A stretch of DNA of 64,000 nucleotides, taken from NCBI GenBank assembly GCA_963823665.1, contig CAWGMQ010000004.1, positions 1,632,001 to 1,696,000 of the forward strand, written 5' to 3'. The position numbers and the translations under genes were made by a program. The notes beneath the pieces are model-generated. The model saw only the letters and a program-made list of their open reading frames with translations. It did not search any database and was not told the origin of the DNA. Shown piece by piece: positions 21,946-34,284 of the stretch. How positions within the stretch are numbered: the first letter of the stretch is position 1; every line of letters begins with the position of its first letter. This DNA comes from an uncultured Planctomycetota bacterium. GTDB lineage: Bacteria; Planctomycetota; Planctomycetia; Isosphaerales; Isosphaeraceae.

Positions 21946-23805
21946 ATGCGTACTGCGAAGATCGCCATATTTCGCTGGGCTTTCCTGGGATGTGCGGGGC
22001 TCGTCGCGGGCTTGGGGCTCCCGATCCAGCAGGCCCAGGCTGCGGCACCCCCCGAGCGAATTCTCCCAGACTCGACCGTGTTCATGATCAAGCTGAACGA
22101 CGCCAAGTCGTTCCGCGAAGCATTCCGCGCCAGTCAATACGGCCAGCTCTGGAACGACCCCGCGCTCAAAGGCTTTCGTGACGAGCTCGCCCAGAAGCTG
22201 ACCGACGCCACCAAGGATTTAAGCGAAAAGATCGGTGTCACCGTAGGTGACCTGGTCGAGCTCCCCCAGGGTGCTCTGGCCGTTGCCGCCATCGCCAAGG
22301 ATCCCGCGCGTGAAGAGAAGGATCCCACGCGTGAAGGGGCAGTTGCCTCCAGTCTCCCTGTCGATATCGTGCTGCTGGCTGATACTGGTGAAAACGAGAA
22401 GAAGATGCTCGACGTGCTTGAAAGAGCCACCAAGCAGGCGGCGGAGCGGTCCGACGCCAAGGTCTCATCCGAATCGTTCAACGGGCTGACGATCCACACG
22501 CTTCGGTTCCCGCCTGCGACGCAAGAAAAAGCCGACAAGGACAAACCCGCGCCCCAGCCGACTGTCGTCAACTGGACCAACTCGGGCAGCGTTTTCTTCA
22601 TCACGACCAGTCTCGGGGCCATCAAGGACCTGGCTGCCCATCGCGACGGTCGCGAAAATGCCCTGGGGGCGACCGACGCCTATCTGAAGACCCAGGCGAA
22701 GACTGATTCCGCCAAGTCCCAGGTTGTCTGGTATCTCGACGTCGCCAAGCTCGTCAAAATCGTGCTCAAGGCCAATGCCAAGGATGCCGACGCTCAGCAG
22801 ACCGACGGGATGGTTCAAGACCTCGGCGTGTATGGTCTCAAATCGATCGGCGGCTGCCTGACCCTGGGCACCGGCAACTACGACAGCCTGACGAAGACCT
22901 TCGTCCATGCGCCCCGGCCCGTCGCCGGCCTCCTGAAAATCTTCTCCTTGCCGCCCATAACGCTTCGTCCGGAGTCATGGGTGCCCGCCACCGTCGCCAG
23001 CTACCAGACCGTAAGCTTCGACCTGGACAACGCCTTCGTCGCCCTCAACGAAATCGCCAACAAGTTTCAGCCAGGGCTCCTCAACATGGTCGAGCAGGGG
23101 CTCGTGGGCCCCAACGGTGGCCAGCCACTCAGCTTCCAGAACGATGTATTCGGCCCCCTGGGCGATCGGATCACCGTGATCAGCGACTTCAAGAAACCGA
23201 TCAAGGAAGACAGCCAGCGTATGCTCGTCGCGGTGAGCCTCGAAGACACCAAGGCTTTTCAGAATACGCTTTCCAGGTTGCTCGAACTGACCGGTGTAGC
23301 CCCACAGAAACGTGAGTTTCAGGGCACGACGATTTATGACCTGGACCTGAACATCCCTAATCAGGGCGCGGGCGGGCCCCAGATGAGCGGCCCGATCAGC
23401 ATCGCGATTGCCAAGGATACGCTGTTCATGACCAGCGACACCACCCTGCTTGAGCAGGTCCTCCGGCAAGGAAATCCCGCGTTGGTCGACAGCGCGTCGT
23501 TCCAGAGCATTGCCAAGGAATATCCCGAAAAAGCCAGCGGCTTGAGCTACGTGCGCCCCGACGAATCTGCCCGTCTCTCGTACGACCTGGTCAAGAGCGG
23601 CAAGTTCGAGAAGGCCATTCAGCAAGCGGCAGCCTCCCGCGCCCCGGGTGGCGACCTCCCGAACCTCGGGAAAATCATTCCTGGCGACAAGCTCCCCGAT
23701 TTCTCGGTCTTCGCCAAGTATCTGTCGCTCGGCGGCGGATTCAGCACGATGGACGAGGACGGATTCATGATGACCGGCTTCACCCTCCGCCGCCCCGGCC
23801 CGTAA
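21946..23805 (+). CDS. Secreted hypothetical protein (DUF3352-like)
   Basis: GGAG then ATG; signal peptide AQA-A; PERILP...LWNDP; strong coding bias. Confidence 0.75.
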   Translation: MRTAKIAIFRWAFLGCAGLVAGLGLPIQQAQAAAPPERILPDSTVFMIKLNDAKSFREAFRASQYGQLWNDPALKGFRDELAQKLTDATKDLSEKIGVTVGDLVELPQGALAVAAIAKDPAREEKDPTREGAVASSLPVDIVLLADTGENEKKMLDVLERATKQAAERSDAKVSSESFNGLTIHTLRFPPATQEKADKDKPAPQPTVVNWTNSGSVFFITTSLGAIKDLAAHRDGRENALGATDAYLKTQAKTDSAKSQVVWYLDVAKLVKIVLKANAKDADAQQTDGMVQDLGVYGLKSIGGCLTLGTGNYDSLTKTFVHAPRPVAGLLKIFSLPPITLRPESWVPATVASYQTVSFDLDNAFVALNEIANKFQPGLLNMVEQGLVGPNGGQPLSFQNDVFGPLGDRITVISDFKKPIKEDSQRMLVAVSLEDTKAFQNTLSRLLELTGVAPQKREFQGTTIYDLDLNIPNQGAGGPQMSGPISIAIAKDTLFMTSDTTLLEQVLRQGNPALVDSASFQSIAKEYPEKASGLSYVRPDESARLSYDLVKSGKFEKAIQQAAASRAPGGDLPNLGKIIPGDKLPDFSVFAKYLSLGGGFSTMDEDGFMMTGFTLRRPGP

Positions 23806-23897
23806 GCGGGCACCACCGGCAGAACAACCCCAGTGACTTCTTCCGGCATTGCAAAGCGGGGAGCTCGCCGCACGACTCCCCTCTCAACGAACCGCTC

Positions 23898-23936
23898 GCC
23901 CCCTTCCCCCCCTCCTCGCCAGGGGGCCAGGGGGCG
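23898..23936. repeat. Degenerate C-run/G-run palindromic element
   Basis: GCCCCCTTCCCCCCCTCCTCGCCAGGGGGCCAGGGGGC; resembles the element at 52955-53016. Confidence 0.4.
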
Positions 23937-25118
23937 TTTTATTTGAAGACGCACACTCGGAGGCGCGGCTGACCATCAACCTTCGCGCACTGCGAATCGG
24001 GGTGCGCTCGAAAGTCGCGTACACACAGTCGGAGCCGCCTCGCGCGATATGATCCCTCCGATAGACGACTACTTTTCAAAGAATTTCTTCCTTTTGATTC
24101 GTCGCACGCACGCTACCCTGTTCTCATCGACACCATTCGCAAGCGACGACGCAATCGATGTGTTCCGATGCAGAAATCGCCGTGCCTGAATATTCTTGTC
24201 CTTTTATGGCAATCGTGTTCTACGCTTTCGCCATGCGAACGATTTTTTCTCGAGGTTTTTCGACGCCGCGAATCGGTCACCCGGATCGATCTGCGCCTCA
24301 AGGTCACTTTTTTTTGCGCCGCCCACCAGAAAATTGCCGCGCAACTTCCGGCACACGGTATGTCACAAGTCTTGAATTGCCAACTGCTAAGGACTGCCTC
24401 AGAGCGCCGATTCAATCAGACAGCTCAGGCGTGACCTAAGAAATTTGGGAGAATTTTGTTGACTGGGGTATGTGAGGGCTTTATTTGTACTAAGACTGAC
24501 TAGGAAGTCTGAGCGATGAGCCAAGTTTCGCGAAAGGTCGAAGCTCTCTCACAGGCGAATGACTGTGGGTACTCACCGGCGAGAGTTCACCGGAGGATTC
24601 GATCGGACTGGGCGAGAGTCAGCTCGGGGAATGCAGGCGTTTCAAGGGGGGGGCGAACCGGTTTCTCACACGAGCGAATTGTGTGCGGTCTCAGAACTAG
24701 GCCGGGTTCCCTTGAAGCATTCGACGAGCAACGAGTGGTGGTTCTGACACACGGTTTCATAGCTCCTAGGGTTTCATAGGTGTTGTTGGCGGGTCTGATG
24801 CCCGCGACGATTTCGAGAGGCAGTGGGGCCGGGGCAAACTTCCGTATACGCCAGAGATCGGCTCGCCGGGTATACGTCCGGCGCGTCGGGGGGATTGTTC
24901 CGTCTTCTCCGTTTCGAGGCAGCCGCAAGTTTTGACTTGCCATCCGCGTTTTTCCAAGACTTTGAACAGTCTGCTGATCCATACGAGGCTTGCGAGCGCC
25001 CGTCGCTCGCGTAGCTGCTGCACCGTCTTCTTTCGTGTCATTCACCGACTGAGCTTCGGGCAGAGGTTGGCTCACCGTTACCGACGTCGGCCCTCAACGT
25101 TCTGGGAGATCTTCAGCA

Positions 25119-28100
25119 ATGTCTGCTAACCGTCGTGACCGTGGCGTTATGAGTAATCGGTTCGGTGTCAAATCACGCAGGCGTTCCCGCCAGTGGTGCA
25201 CGTTGGAACCGCTGGAGAGTCGCGTCGTGCTGTCGTACACGTTCTCACTCACGGGCCAGACCGCGACGGTGACCCCGGTCGCCAGCACTGGCGGACCGAT
25301 TCTGATCGACGAGGTCATGATCTCGGGTAACCCATTCCTCGAATGGAGCCAGGACAACGGAGCTACGTTCTCGGTCGACTGGGATTCGTCGACACCAGGC
25401 GACCAGACTTTGCCCGCGACCACGGCGTCAACCATCGACCTCACGCCGACCACCGGCGCGGGTTCGTCGATCACCCTTGGCGATCTGCCGAGCCCCGCGA
25501 GCAATATCTTCGCGACGTTCCACCTGGGAGTTGTCGGAACACCCGCGAACAACTCAGTGACCATCGACGACCGCACGAGCACCCAAGCGGCGGGGACTTA
25601 TGACTTCTACTCCACCCTGGGCACGATCACCGGTCCAGGGGGCGCGACGGGCGGGATCAACTTCACCTCGTTCGGGCCGGTCAACTCCTATCTCGTCGAG
25701 GGCGGTCCGGCCGACAACACCTTCGACATTCACTCGACATTCAACGCCACCACGACAAGTAACACCATCGTGGGGGGCGCTGGCAACAATACGGTGAACG
25801 TACTGGGTGACACTTCCCCGGGCATCGGCACACCGCTGACGATCAACCTCGGGGGCGGCACGAACATCGTCAACGTCGGCAATGGCAACACCGGTGCGAC
25901 AATCTCGAGCACGGTGCAGGTGACGGACCCCGCCACGCTGAACATTGACGACACGGCTGACACCACCCATTCGACGGCCACGCTCGATTTCTCAGGGAAT
26001 CCCGCCGCTCCCTTTCAAGTGACGGGCCTAGGGGGGGCCATCCAGTACGGCACCGGCGTCACCGCACTCAACGTCAGCGGCGGCACCTTCGGCGCGACTG
26101 GCGTTACTTACGACGTCGATAACACACAGGCCGGCACGACCACCACGATCAACGGCGGGCCCAACGCGAATACCTACAATCTCAGCAATTCCGGCGAGGC
26201 CGGCGGCCTCGATAATCTGCCCGGCCCGGTCGTGGTCAACGGCGGCGGCGCGGGGGACGCTATCATCGCAGATGACTCTGATAACGTTGCCAACTACAAT
26301 TACACCGTCACTGACACGACCGTTACCGATACCGGACTCTTCGGTGGCTTGACCTACGGCGGACTCGGGACCGGCGGCGCCCTGAACCTCAACGCCAGCC
26401 AGGGCAGCAACGTCATCGACGTGGACGACACGGCCGACAACGTCGACACCAGTGTCTCCAGCGAAGCAGGGGTCGATACCGTCAATGTCAACGGCACCGG
26501 CACGGGTGCGACGCTCTTGATCGCGACCGGCGACTCCACCTCCGATCCCGCCACGGTCAACGTGCTTGCCGACAACGAGCCGGTCAATATCTCGAGCTTC
26601 GCCAGTTTCCCGACCATCACAACGGTCAACATCGGCTCGACCGGCGGCCCGGGCACAATGGCCGGCATCCAGGGCCCGATCTCGGTCGTGAATGCTCCCT
26701 CCTTCACCTCACTCAATTTCCACGACGAGAACGACACCACCGGCCAGACCTGGACGCTCGACAACGACGACAGTACTCCGACCGGCACCGTCGCGGTCAC
26801 CGGCAGCGCCACGACGACCTACGATCCCGTCGATCTCTCCGACATGACGGTCAATGGCGGCAGCGGCGGCAACACGTTCATCGTGGACAACACCTCCGGG
26901 TTCTACCCGACGACCCTCAACACCGGCACGGGTGACGACACCACCACCGTCTTCGCCACCGGCGATGACACGCTCAATATCCAGGGCCAGGATGGTACCG
27001 ACACGGTCACCCTCGGCAGCAGCCTCGTGGCCCCGCTCGGCATGCAAGGACTGACTGGCACGATCAACGTCGACAACACCCTCGGCTCGACGGACCTCGT
27101 CCTCGACGACTCCCAAGACCCCGTCGGGCAGACCGCGCTTTTCTTCAATGACGGCACCAACGGCCAGGTCACCGGCCTTTCCCCGGCCACCATCAACTAC
27201 ACCGACAGCGGCACCGACAGCTTGACCGTTGCTGGTGGCTCAGGCGGCAACACCTTCACCATCGACGGCACGCTGGCTAACCCGGCGGTCGTCCCGACCG
27301 TCACCGACATCACCACCGGCACCGGCGACGACACAACGTTCGTCGAAGCGACCTCCGCCGGCAGCCAGCTCAACATCCACGGCCAGGCAGGCCAGGATGC
27401 TGTCATCATCAGCTTCTTCGGCAGCGTCGCCGACATCCTGGGCCCGGTCTTCGTCGACAACGAGTTCGGCTTCACCGACCTCACGGTCGATTCCTCGGCC
27501 GACCTGATCAGCCACACCTTCACCTTGTCGAGCACGGCGCTTACCAGCACCCTGACCGGGCTGGCACCGGCCGATATCACCTACACGACCCTCGATCTGA
27601 GCTCGCTGACCATCAACACCAGCGACTTCGGCACCCAGGTGATGAATATCGACATGAGCGGCGGCAACCCGATCCCGTATGTCGACACGCCGGGCCTGAC
27701 CTGGAATGCGAGTCCCGACGGTGGCGGCGGCTTCGATACACACGCCCTGAACATCTTTGGCACGCTCCCCACCGGTCCGTTCGCCAGCGAGACCCACAAC
27801 GCCAATGATCAGAGCGTCTTCCCCCAGGTCGGCCAGTACGGCTCCATCTTCTTCGACGACGGCCAGGGAACATTCTCGAGCCTCACGAGCCTCTGGTACA
27901 CCGGCCTTTCGCCGATCACTGACACGACCCCGGCGACAAACTACACCTTCAACGACTTCGGCTATCCCGACCAGTCCTTCAGCGCCACCACCGGCCCGAT
28001 CGTCGGCGGCTTCCAGACCCTCGAGTTCGCCAGCACCCCCACGCCGCCCTTCCCGACCAACTTCGAGACCACCGATATCGCCAACAAGAGCTTCGTGACG

Positions 28101-31100
28101 TTCAACACACCGCCCTCGATCCCCCCCATCCCCAATAACGGCGTGATCGGCACGGTCAACATCCCGATTCCTTCCGACGGTCTGCTCTCCCTCACGTTCA
28201 ACACGCCCACCGGCGGCACGGATACCGTCTCGTTCGTCAACACACCCCCCGGAGTCGTCACCTCCTACTTCGACGGCTCCGGCAACGCCATCACCGACGT
28301 CACCGGATTGGGCGTCGCCGACGGCACCGTCTTGTTCTTGAACGGCGGCGCCGGCTTCAACACCCTGGATTACGACGCCGGCGGCGAGGTTCCCACCATC
28401 ACGCCGGGATTGTTGCCCGGCGAAGTATTGATCACCATTCCAGGCGCCGGCATCGTCGATGCGATCAACTACGAGGCGATCAACATTTTCGACCTCGGCC
28501 CGCTGGTCATCACCCCAGGCCCGGCCGTGACCATCAACACGGTCGAGGGCTTCCAGAACGTCGACTCGATCGTCGGTACCTTCACCGCGCCGATCCTCCC
28601 CATCCCGGGCCCTCCGGGCTTCCCCGCCGGCGACTTCACCGCCTCGATCGACTGGGGCGACCCGTCTCCGGACCCCGATGCAGGCACCATCACCCAGGAT
28701 GCCAGCGACCCCAGCGTCTACTACATCACCGGCACCCACACCTTCCTCGAGAACGGCACTTACACCGTCGCCAACACGGTCGCCTTCGCCGGCGGCACTT
28801 ACACCGCGCCGGTTAACGGCGTGCCGATCACCATCACCTTCGGCCCAGCCGGACCCACCCCGGGCACCGACGCCACCGCCAGCGTCACCCAGGGACCGCT
28901 GGCCGTCTCCGTCTTCCCGATCGTCGGCACCGAGGGCATCGCCATTCCCGCCGGACCGATTGCCACCTTCATCGATGCCGGCGGCGTCGATGCGATCGGC
29001 AGCTACTCCGCCTCGATCTCGATCTTCGACTCTGCCGGCACGCTCGCGGTCGGGCCGCTGCCGGCAACCAGCATCACCCAGAACGGCAACGCGGCCCAGT
29101 TCACCGTCAACGCCCCGACCTTCTCGTTGCCTGAAGAGGGCACCTACCAGGTCGTCGTCTCGGTCACCGACAGCGGCGGCACCACTCCGATCACCGTCTC
29201 GGGTGCCTCGTCGGCCGTCATTGCCGACGCCCCGCTGACGTCGGGCGCTGCCGTGCTTCAAACCGGAAACACCGGCATCACGCTCGTCGGCATCGGCGTG
29301 GGCAGCTTCACCGACGCCAACCCCGGCGCCATAACCAGCGATTTCACCGGCACCATCGACTGGGGCGACGGCTCGCCCAACAGCGTCGCCATCTTCGCCG
29401 GAGTCGGCGGCGGGGTCTTCGATGTCTCCGGCAGCCACACCTACGCCAAGCCGGGCGTTTATACGGTCACCACCAATGTCTTCGACGTCGGCGGCTCGAC
29501 GACCACTCTCATCGGCTCGTTCACGATCACCGATCTCCCCGTCACCGGCTCGACCAAGAGCTTCACCGCGGTCGAGGGCCAGAACACCGGTCCGTTCGTG
29601 CTGGCGACATTCGAGGATCCCAACACCCTGGCCACCGTCGCCGACGTCAGCGCCACGCTCGCCATCGGCGGCTGGGGCGACGGTACGCCAACCGTCGCGG
29701 GTGTCGGGCTCACAGTCCAGCAGACCGGCTTTGATCCGGCCAACGGCGACCCGATCTTCGAGGTCCTGGGCAGCCACACCTATACCGAGGAGACACCTCC
29801 GGGCCTGCCCAACACTCTCAGCGTCATCATCACGACTCTCGGCGGCGCGACGACCACGTTGACCAGCCCGCCGGGCGGCGGGGTCACCGTCCTCGACGCC
29901 GCGCTCACCAGCTTGAACGGCACCACGATCTCCGGCGTCGAGGGCAGCCCGACGACCACTGTTATCATCGGGGCCTTCAGCGACGCTAACCCGTTCGCCA
30001 CCAGCGCCGACTTCCTACCCCTGCCCGGCGGCAACGGGGGCTCGGTGGTGGTCAACTGGGGTGACGGCAGCGCCCCGCAGACCTTGACCGCCGCGAATAT
30101 CTCCGCAGTGGGCTCGCCGGTCGGCGTCGTCTTCAGCATCAACGCCCCGCACACCTACGCCGAGGAGGGGACATACCCGGTCGTCATCACGGTGACCGAC
30201 GATGGTGGCGCGACCACAATCGTCTCCTCGACGGCCGTGATCGCGGACGCCGCGCTCACCGCCGGTCCCCCCGTGGCAATCTCGGAGACCACCGGCGTGC
30301 CGTTCACCAACGTCGTCGTCGGCGATTTCATCGACGCCAACACCGTGCGCCGGCGAGCGACTTCACGGCCGTCATTCAGTGGGGCGACGGAACGCCCACC
30401 AGCCTGGGCACCGTCGTCGCCACCGCCACCCCCGGCGACTTCAACGTCGAGGGCAGCCACGTCTATGCCACTCCCGGCGTCTACGCCGTCACGATCGTGG
30501 TGACGGACGTCGGCGGCTCGCGTGTCACGCTCACCGCCACGGCCGGCGCAGCCACGATCACCGTCACCGACCTGCCGGTCACCGGCGCCGTCAACAACTT
30601 CACTGCGGTCGAGGGCCAGAACACCGGCACGATCGTGCTGGCGACCTTCGTCGACCCCAACACGCTGGCCACCGTGGCCGACGTGACGGCGTTCCTGCCG
30701 GTCGGCGGCTGGGGCGACGGTAAGCCGACCGTGGACACCACGCTTGCGGTCCAGCAGATCGGCGTCACGCCGCTCACCGGCGCAACCGATCCGGGCGACC
30801 CGATCTTCGAGGTGCTCGGCAGCCACACCTACACCGAAGAGGGTACCTTCACGGTCAACATCAGCGTCACCACCATCGGCGGCGTGACGACCACGCTGAC
30901 CCCCGGCACCGCCACCGTGCTCGACGCCCAGCTCACCAGCTCCAACGGCACCGAGATCACCGACATCGAGGGGAACACCAGCGGCACCGTCCTGCTCGGA
31001 ACCTTCACCGACGCCAACCAAGGCGCGACCGTCGCCGACTTCACCACCGCACCCGGCTCGACCGTGGTCAACTGGGGCGACGGCTCCGCTCCCCAGACCC

Positions 31101-32701
31101 TGACGGCATCCAATCTGACCGCCGTCGGCACGCCCGAAGGCGTGATCTTCACCGTCAGCGCCGCTCACACCTATGCTGAAGAAGGCACCTATGCCTACAC
31201 CGTCACCGTCACCGACGACGGCGGCTCGGTCACCATCTTCAGCGGCTCGGCCATCGTCGCCGACGCGGCCCTGGCACCTTCGGCAACCCAGCCGACCGTC
31301 AGCACCGTGGAAGCCTCGATCTTCCCCGTACCGGTCTTCTCACCGCCGCTCTTCAAGGGCCCGGTCGCCTCGTTCACCGATGCCAATCCGACTTCCACCA
31401 TCGCCGACTTCTTCGCCACCATCGACTGGGGCGACGGCACCCCCATGACCGCCGGCACGGTCAGCCAGCCAGGCGGCGTCGGCACCGCCTACCTCGTCAG
31501 CGGCTCGCATACCTACGCTGACTCCGGTGTCACCACCGGCACCGGAAATAGCGGAACTTACGCGATCCAGGTCTTCGTCACCGACGACGGCGGCTCCAGG
31601 CTCACCGTCGACAACACCGCCACCGTGGCCGACAACTCGATCACCCTGACCGGCGTGCTCAATCCCGCAACCGACAGCGGCCTCTCAACCGGCACCCCCG
31701 ACGTCACCAACGTCAAGCAGCCCGACTTCTTCGGCACGTCCGAGCCGCTCTCGAGCGTCACCCTGTCAGCAACCCTGCTTCCCAGCGGCACCCCCTTCAT
31801 CATCGGCCAGGTCGAGTCGGGCAGCGACGGCTCGTGGAACATCCAGTCCGACATCCCGCTGGCCGACGGCCATTACTCGATCACGGCCACCGCGATCGAC
31901 CAGTTCGGCGAAACCATCGTGACCACGCCCCCCAGCCCGGTCGTGATCACCAGCAACCTCTTGATCGACACCACCGGACCGGTCGTCACCGGCATGTTCT
32001 TCAACCGGCTCAACGGCCAGGTTGACTTCACCATCCAGGATCCGGTCAACGCTAACGGCAGTGCACCCTCAGGCGTCTGGGTCAATACCTTGCTCGACTC
32101 GTCCAACTACCTGTTGACCAAGGTCCACCCCCAGAAGAACTTCCCCGGCAAGTACTACGTCTCCAACGTCACGGCCACTCCCGACCCGAGCATCCCCTTC
32201 GCCTACGACGTGGCCGTCACCTTCAGGGCCGGCGAGACCATCCGGGGCGGTTACTACCTCTTCACGATCCGCGACTCCTCCAACGGAGACTCCTCCGTGC
32301 AGGACCTCGCCGAAAACCATCTCGACGGCGTCTTCTACGGGTCATTCCCCTCCGGCAACGGAATCAATGGCAGCGACTTCGTCGCCGAGCTTCAGGCCTA
32401 CCACGACAAGGTCTTCGCCCCCCAGACCATCATCGGCACCGCAAGCGCCGCCAACGGCGGCAACGGCGGCGCACGCGTCAATCCGATTCACAGCGGCGTC
32501 TTCATGCCGGCCATCCCCAGGGGGGACGCGCCGATCTTCTCCTCGACCACCAGCGCGGTCACTGCGGCCAAGAAAGGCAAGGGGCAAATCGTCGTCAAAG
32601 CCAAGCACGGCGTGTCGCTGGTCAAGCACCACGCAACCAGCGCGATGAAGCACACCAAGGTCGTGCTCAGCAACAACCATCCCAAGGGACCGGCCAACTA
32701 A
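25119..32701 (+). CDS. Giant (~2500 aa) exported Thr/Gly-rich surface protein with beta-strand repeats and PKD/Ig-like (DWGDG) repeats; frameshift near 30345
   Basis: LEPLESRVVLS motif; GGxGxNTFxV repeats; about ten xWGD(G)...HTYxEEG modules; Ig-like PLADGHYSITATAID domain. ORFs 25119-30503 and 30497-32701 join across one indel. Confidence 0.9.
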
Positions 32702-32763
32702 AGGGCGATCCCAGAATCCCGCCGGCTAGCCCGGCGGGAATCAACCCCTGAACGTTATTCAAC

Positions 32764-32801
32764 AACGGCCGCATCCGGCTCGACTGCCGGATGCGGCCGT
32801 T
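32764..32801. terminator. Probably bidirectional intrinsic terminator between convergent genes
   Basis: Perfect 16-bp stem AACGGCCGCATCCGGC/GCCGGATGCGGCCGTT with 6-nt loop; a second hairpin lies at 32717-32739. Confidence 0.75.
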
Positions 32802-32808
32802 CGTTTCT

Positions 32809-32855
32809 GCCCCAACGGGGCCGCGGTCAATAGCCAGCGGCTTTTCAGCCCCTGG
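32809..32855. repeat. REP-like double hairpin
   Basis: GCCCC-aac-GGGGC followed by CCAGcGGC...GCCcCTGG. Confidence 0.4.
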
Positions 32856-32867
32856 CGACCCTTACAG

Positions 32868-34265
32868 CTAACTATGCTGAAGTTGATTGATCTTGTTGTA
32901 GAGGGTCTTGAGACTGATGCCCAGCTCGCGTGAGGCCGCGGGCTTGTTGCCGTGGTGTTTCTCGAGGATGGTCTGGATAAACTTCATCTCGATGTCGCGC
33001 AGAGTCGGCGTGCCTTCCGGGATCTGGAAATGAGGTCCTGCGATCGAGGATGCGGCTGCCGCGGACGCCTTGGTGCGCGAGGGGAGCTGGGTCGGCAGAT
33101 GTTCCGGAAGGATCGGGCCGTTGCCGGCCAGAATGGTGGCACGCTCAATCATGTTGGCCAGCTCCCGGATATTGCCCGGCCATTCGTGGGCGGAAAGGAT
33201 CGCGATCGATGCCGGCGTGATCATCGACTCGGTCAGGCCGCGGCGTGCTGCGTGCCGCAGCAGCAAATGGTTCGCAAGGGCACCGATATCCGCCCTGCGC
33301 TCGCGAAGGGGGGGCAGGAAGATCTCGAATGTGTTGAGGCGGAAAAAGAGATCTTCGCGGAAGAGCTCATTCGCCACCATCTCGCGGAGATCGCGATTGG
33401 TCGCGCAGAGCACACGGACGTCGACCCGGAAAGGCTCGTTCTCGCCGACCTTGCGAATCTCACCGGATTCCAGGAATCGCAACAGCTTGACCTGCACGCT
33501 TTTGTCCAGCTCGCCCACTTCGTCGAGGAACAGTGTGCCGCCGTTGGCAACCTCGAAGAGGCCCTTGCGGTGTGCGTCGGCACCGGTGAAGGCACCTTTG
33601 CGGTGGCCGAATAGCTCGCTCTCGACGAGATTTTCGGGGAGTGCGCCGCAGTTGACCGGAATGAACGCCCGATCGGCGCGCCGGCTCTTGTCGTGGAGGC
33701 TACGCGCCACCAGCTCCTTGCCAGTGCCGGTTTCGCCCAGGATCATCACCGAGGCGTCCGTGGGGGCGATGGTATCGATCAAGCGCCGAACTTGCTGCAT
33801 GGCTGGGGTCTCGCCGATCAAGAGCGGCATCCCCTCGGCGGCCTTCAAACGGGTTTCGAGCGCGGCGGTCTTGTTCGCCATGTCGCGCCGTTCGGCCACG
33901 CGGTTCAAGATCATCTCGAGCTCGGCCCACTTGCACGGTTTCGTCAGGTAATCGAACGCCCCCAGTCGCAGCGCCTGGACGGCGGTGTCGACCGTTGCGT
34001 GGCCGGTCAAGATGATCACTTGAGTCTCGGGACTCGCCTGGCGAATCTGGCCGAGAACCTCGATGCCGGTCAATCCCGGCATCCGCAGGTCAAGCAGCGC
34101 CGCGTCGTAGAACCCCTGCTCGAGTGCCTTGAGCGCCGCTGCGCCGTCGGGACACACAGTGACTTCATGTCCCAGACGGGGCAGCTCCATCTGCATCAGA
34201 TCTCGCAAGTGGGATTCATCGTCGGCAAATAAGATCCGCAATCCTCCCTGACGCGACTTCTCCAT
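32868..34265 (-). CDS. Sigma54-dependent NtrC-family response regulator
   Basis: Receiver ILFADDE...LLDLRMP...KP; AAA+ GETGTGKE, ESELFGH, GAFTGA, FLDEVG, FREDLFFRL, WPGNIREL; Fis-type HTH. Confidence 0.95.
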   Translation of the reverse strand: MEKSRQGGLRILFADDESHLRDLMQMELPRLGHEVTVCPDGAAALKALEQGFYDAALLDLRMPGLTGIEVLGQIRQASPETQVIILTGHATVDTAVQALRLGAFDYLTKPCKWAELEMILNRVAERRDMANKTAALETRLKAAEGMPLLIGETPAMQQVRRLIDTIAPTDASVMILGETGTGKELVARSLHDKSRRADRAFIPVNCGALPENLVESELFGHRKGAFTGADAHRKGLFEVANGGTLFLDEVGELDKSVQVKLLRFLESGEIRKVGENEPFRVDVRVLCATNRDLREMVANELFREDLFFRLNTFEIFLPPLRERRADIGALANHLLLRHAARRGLTESMITPASIAILSAHEWPGNIRELANMIERATILAGNGPILPEHLPTQLPSRTKASAAAASSIAGPHFQIPEGTPTLRDIEMKFIQTILEKHHGNKPAASRELGISLKTLYNKINQLQHS

Positions 34266-34284
34266 CACAATTCCTTTGGCTAAT

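Noticed and set aside
24828..24880. GGCAAAC resembling a c-di-GMP-I riboswitch
   Set aside because: The GAAA hairpin and second stem consensus are missing.
27240..29777. 845-aa antisense ORF and other long ORFs opposite the giant gene
   Set aside because: Shadow frames produced by the strong NNC codon bias of the sense gene; no protein-like motifs.
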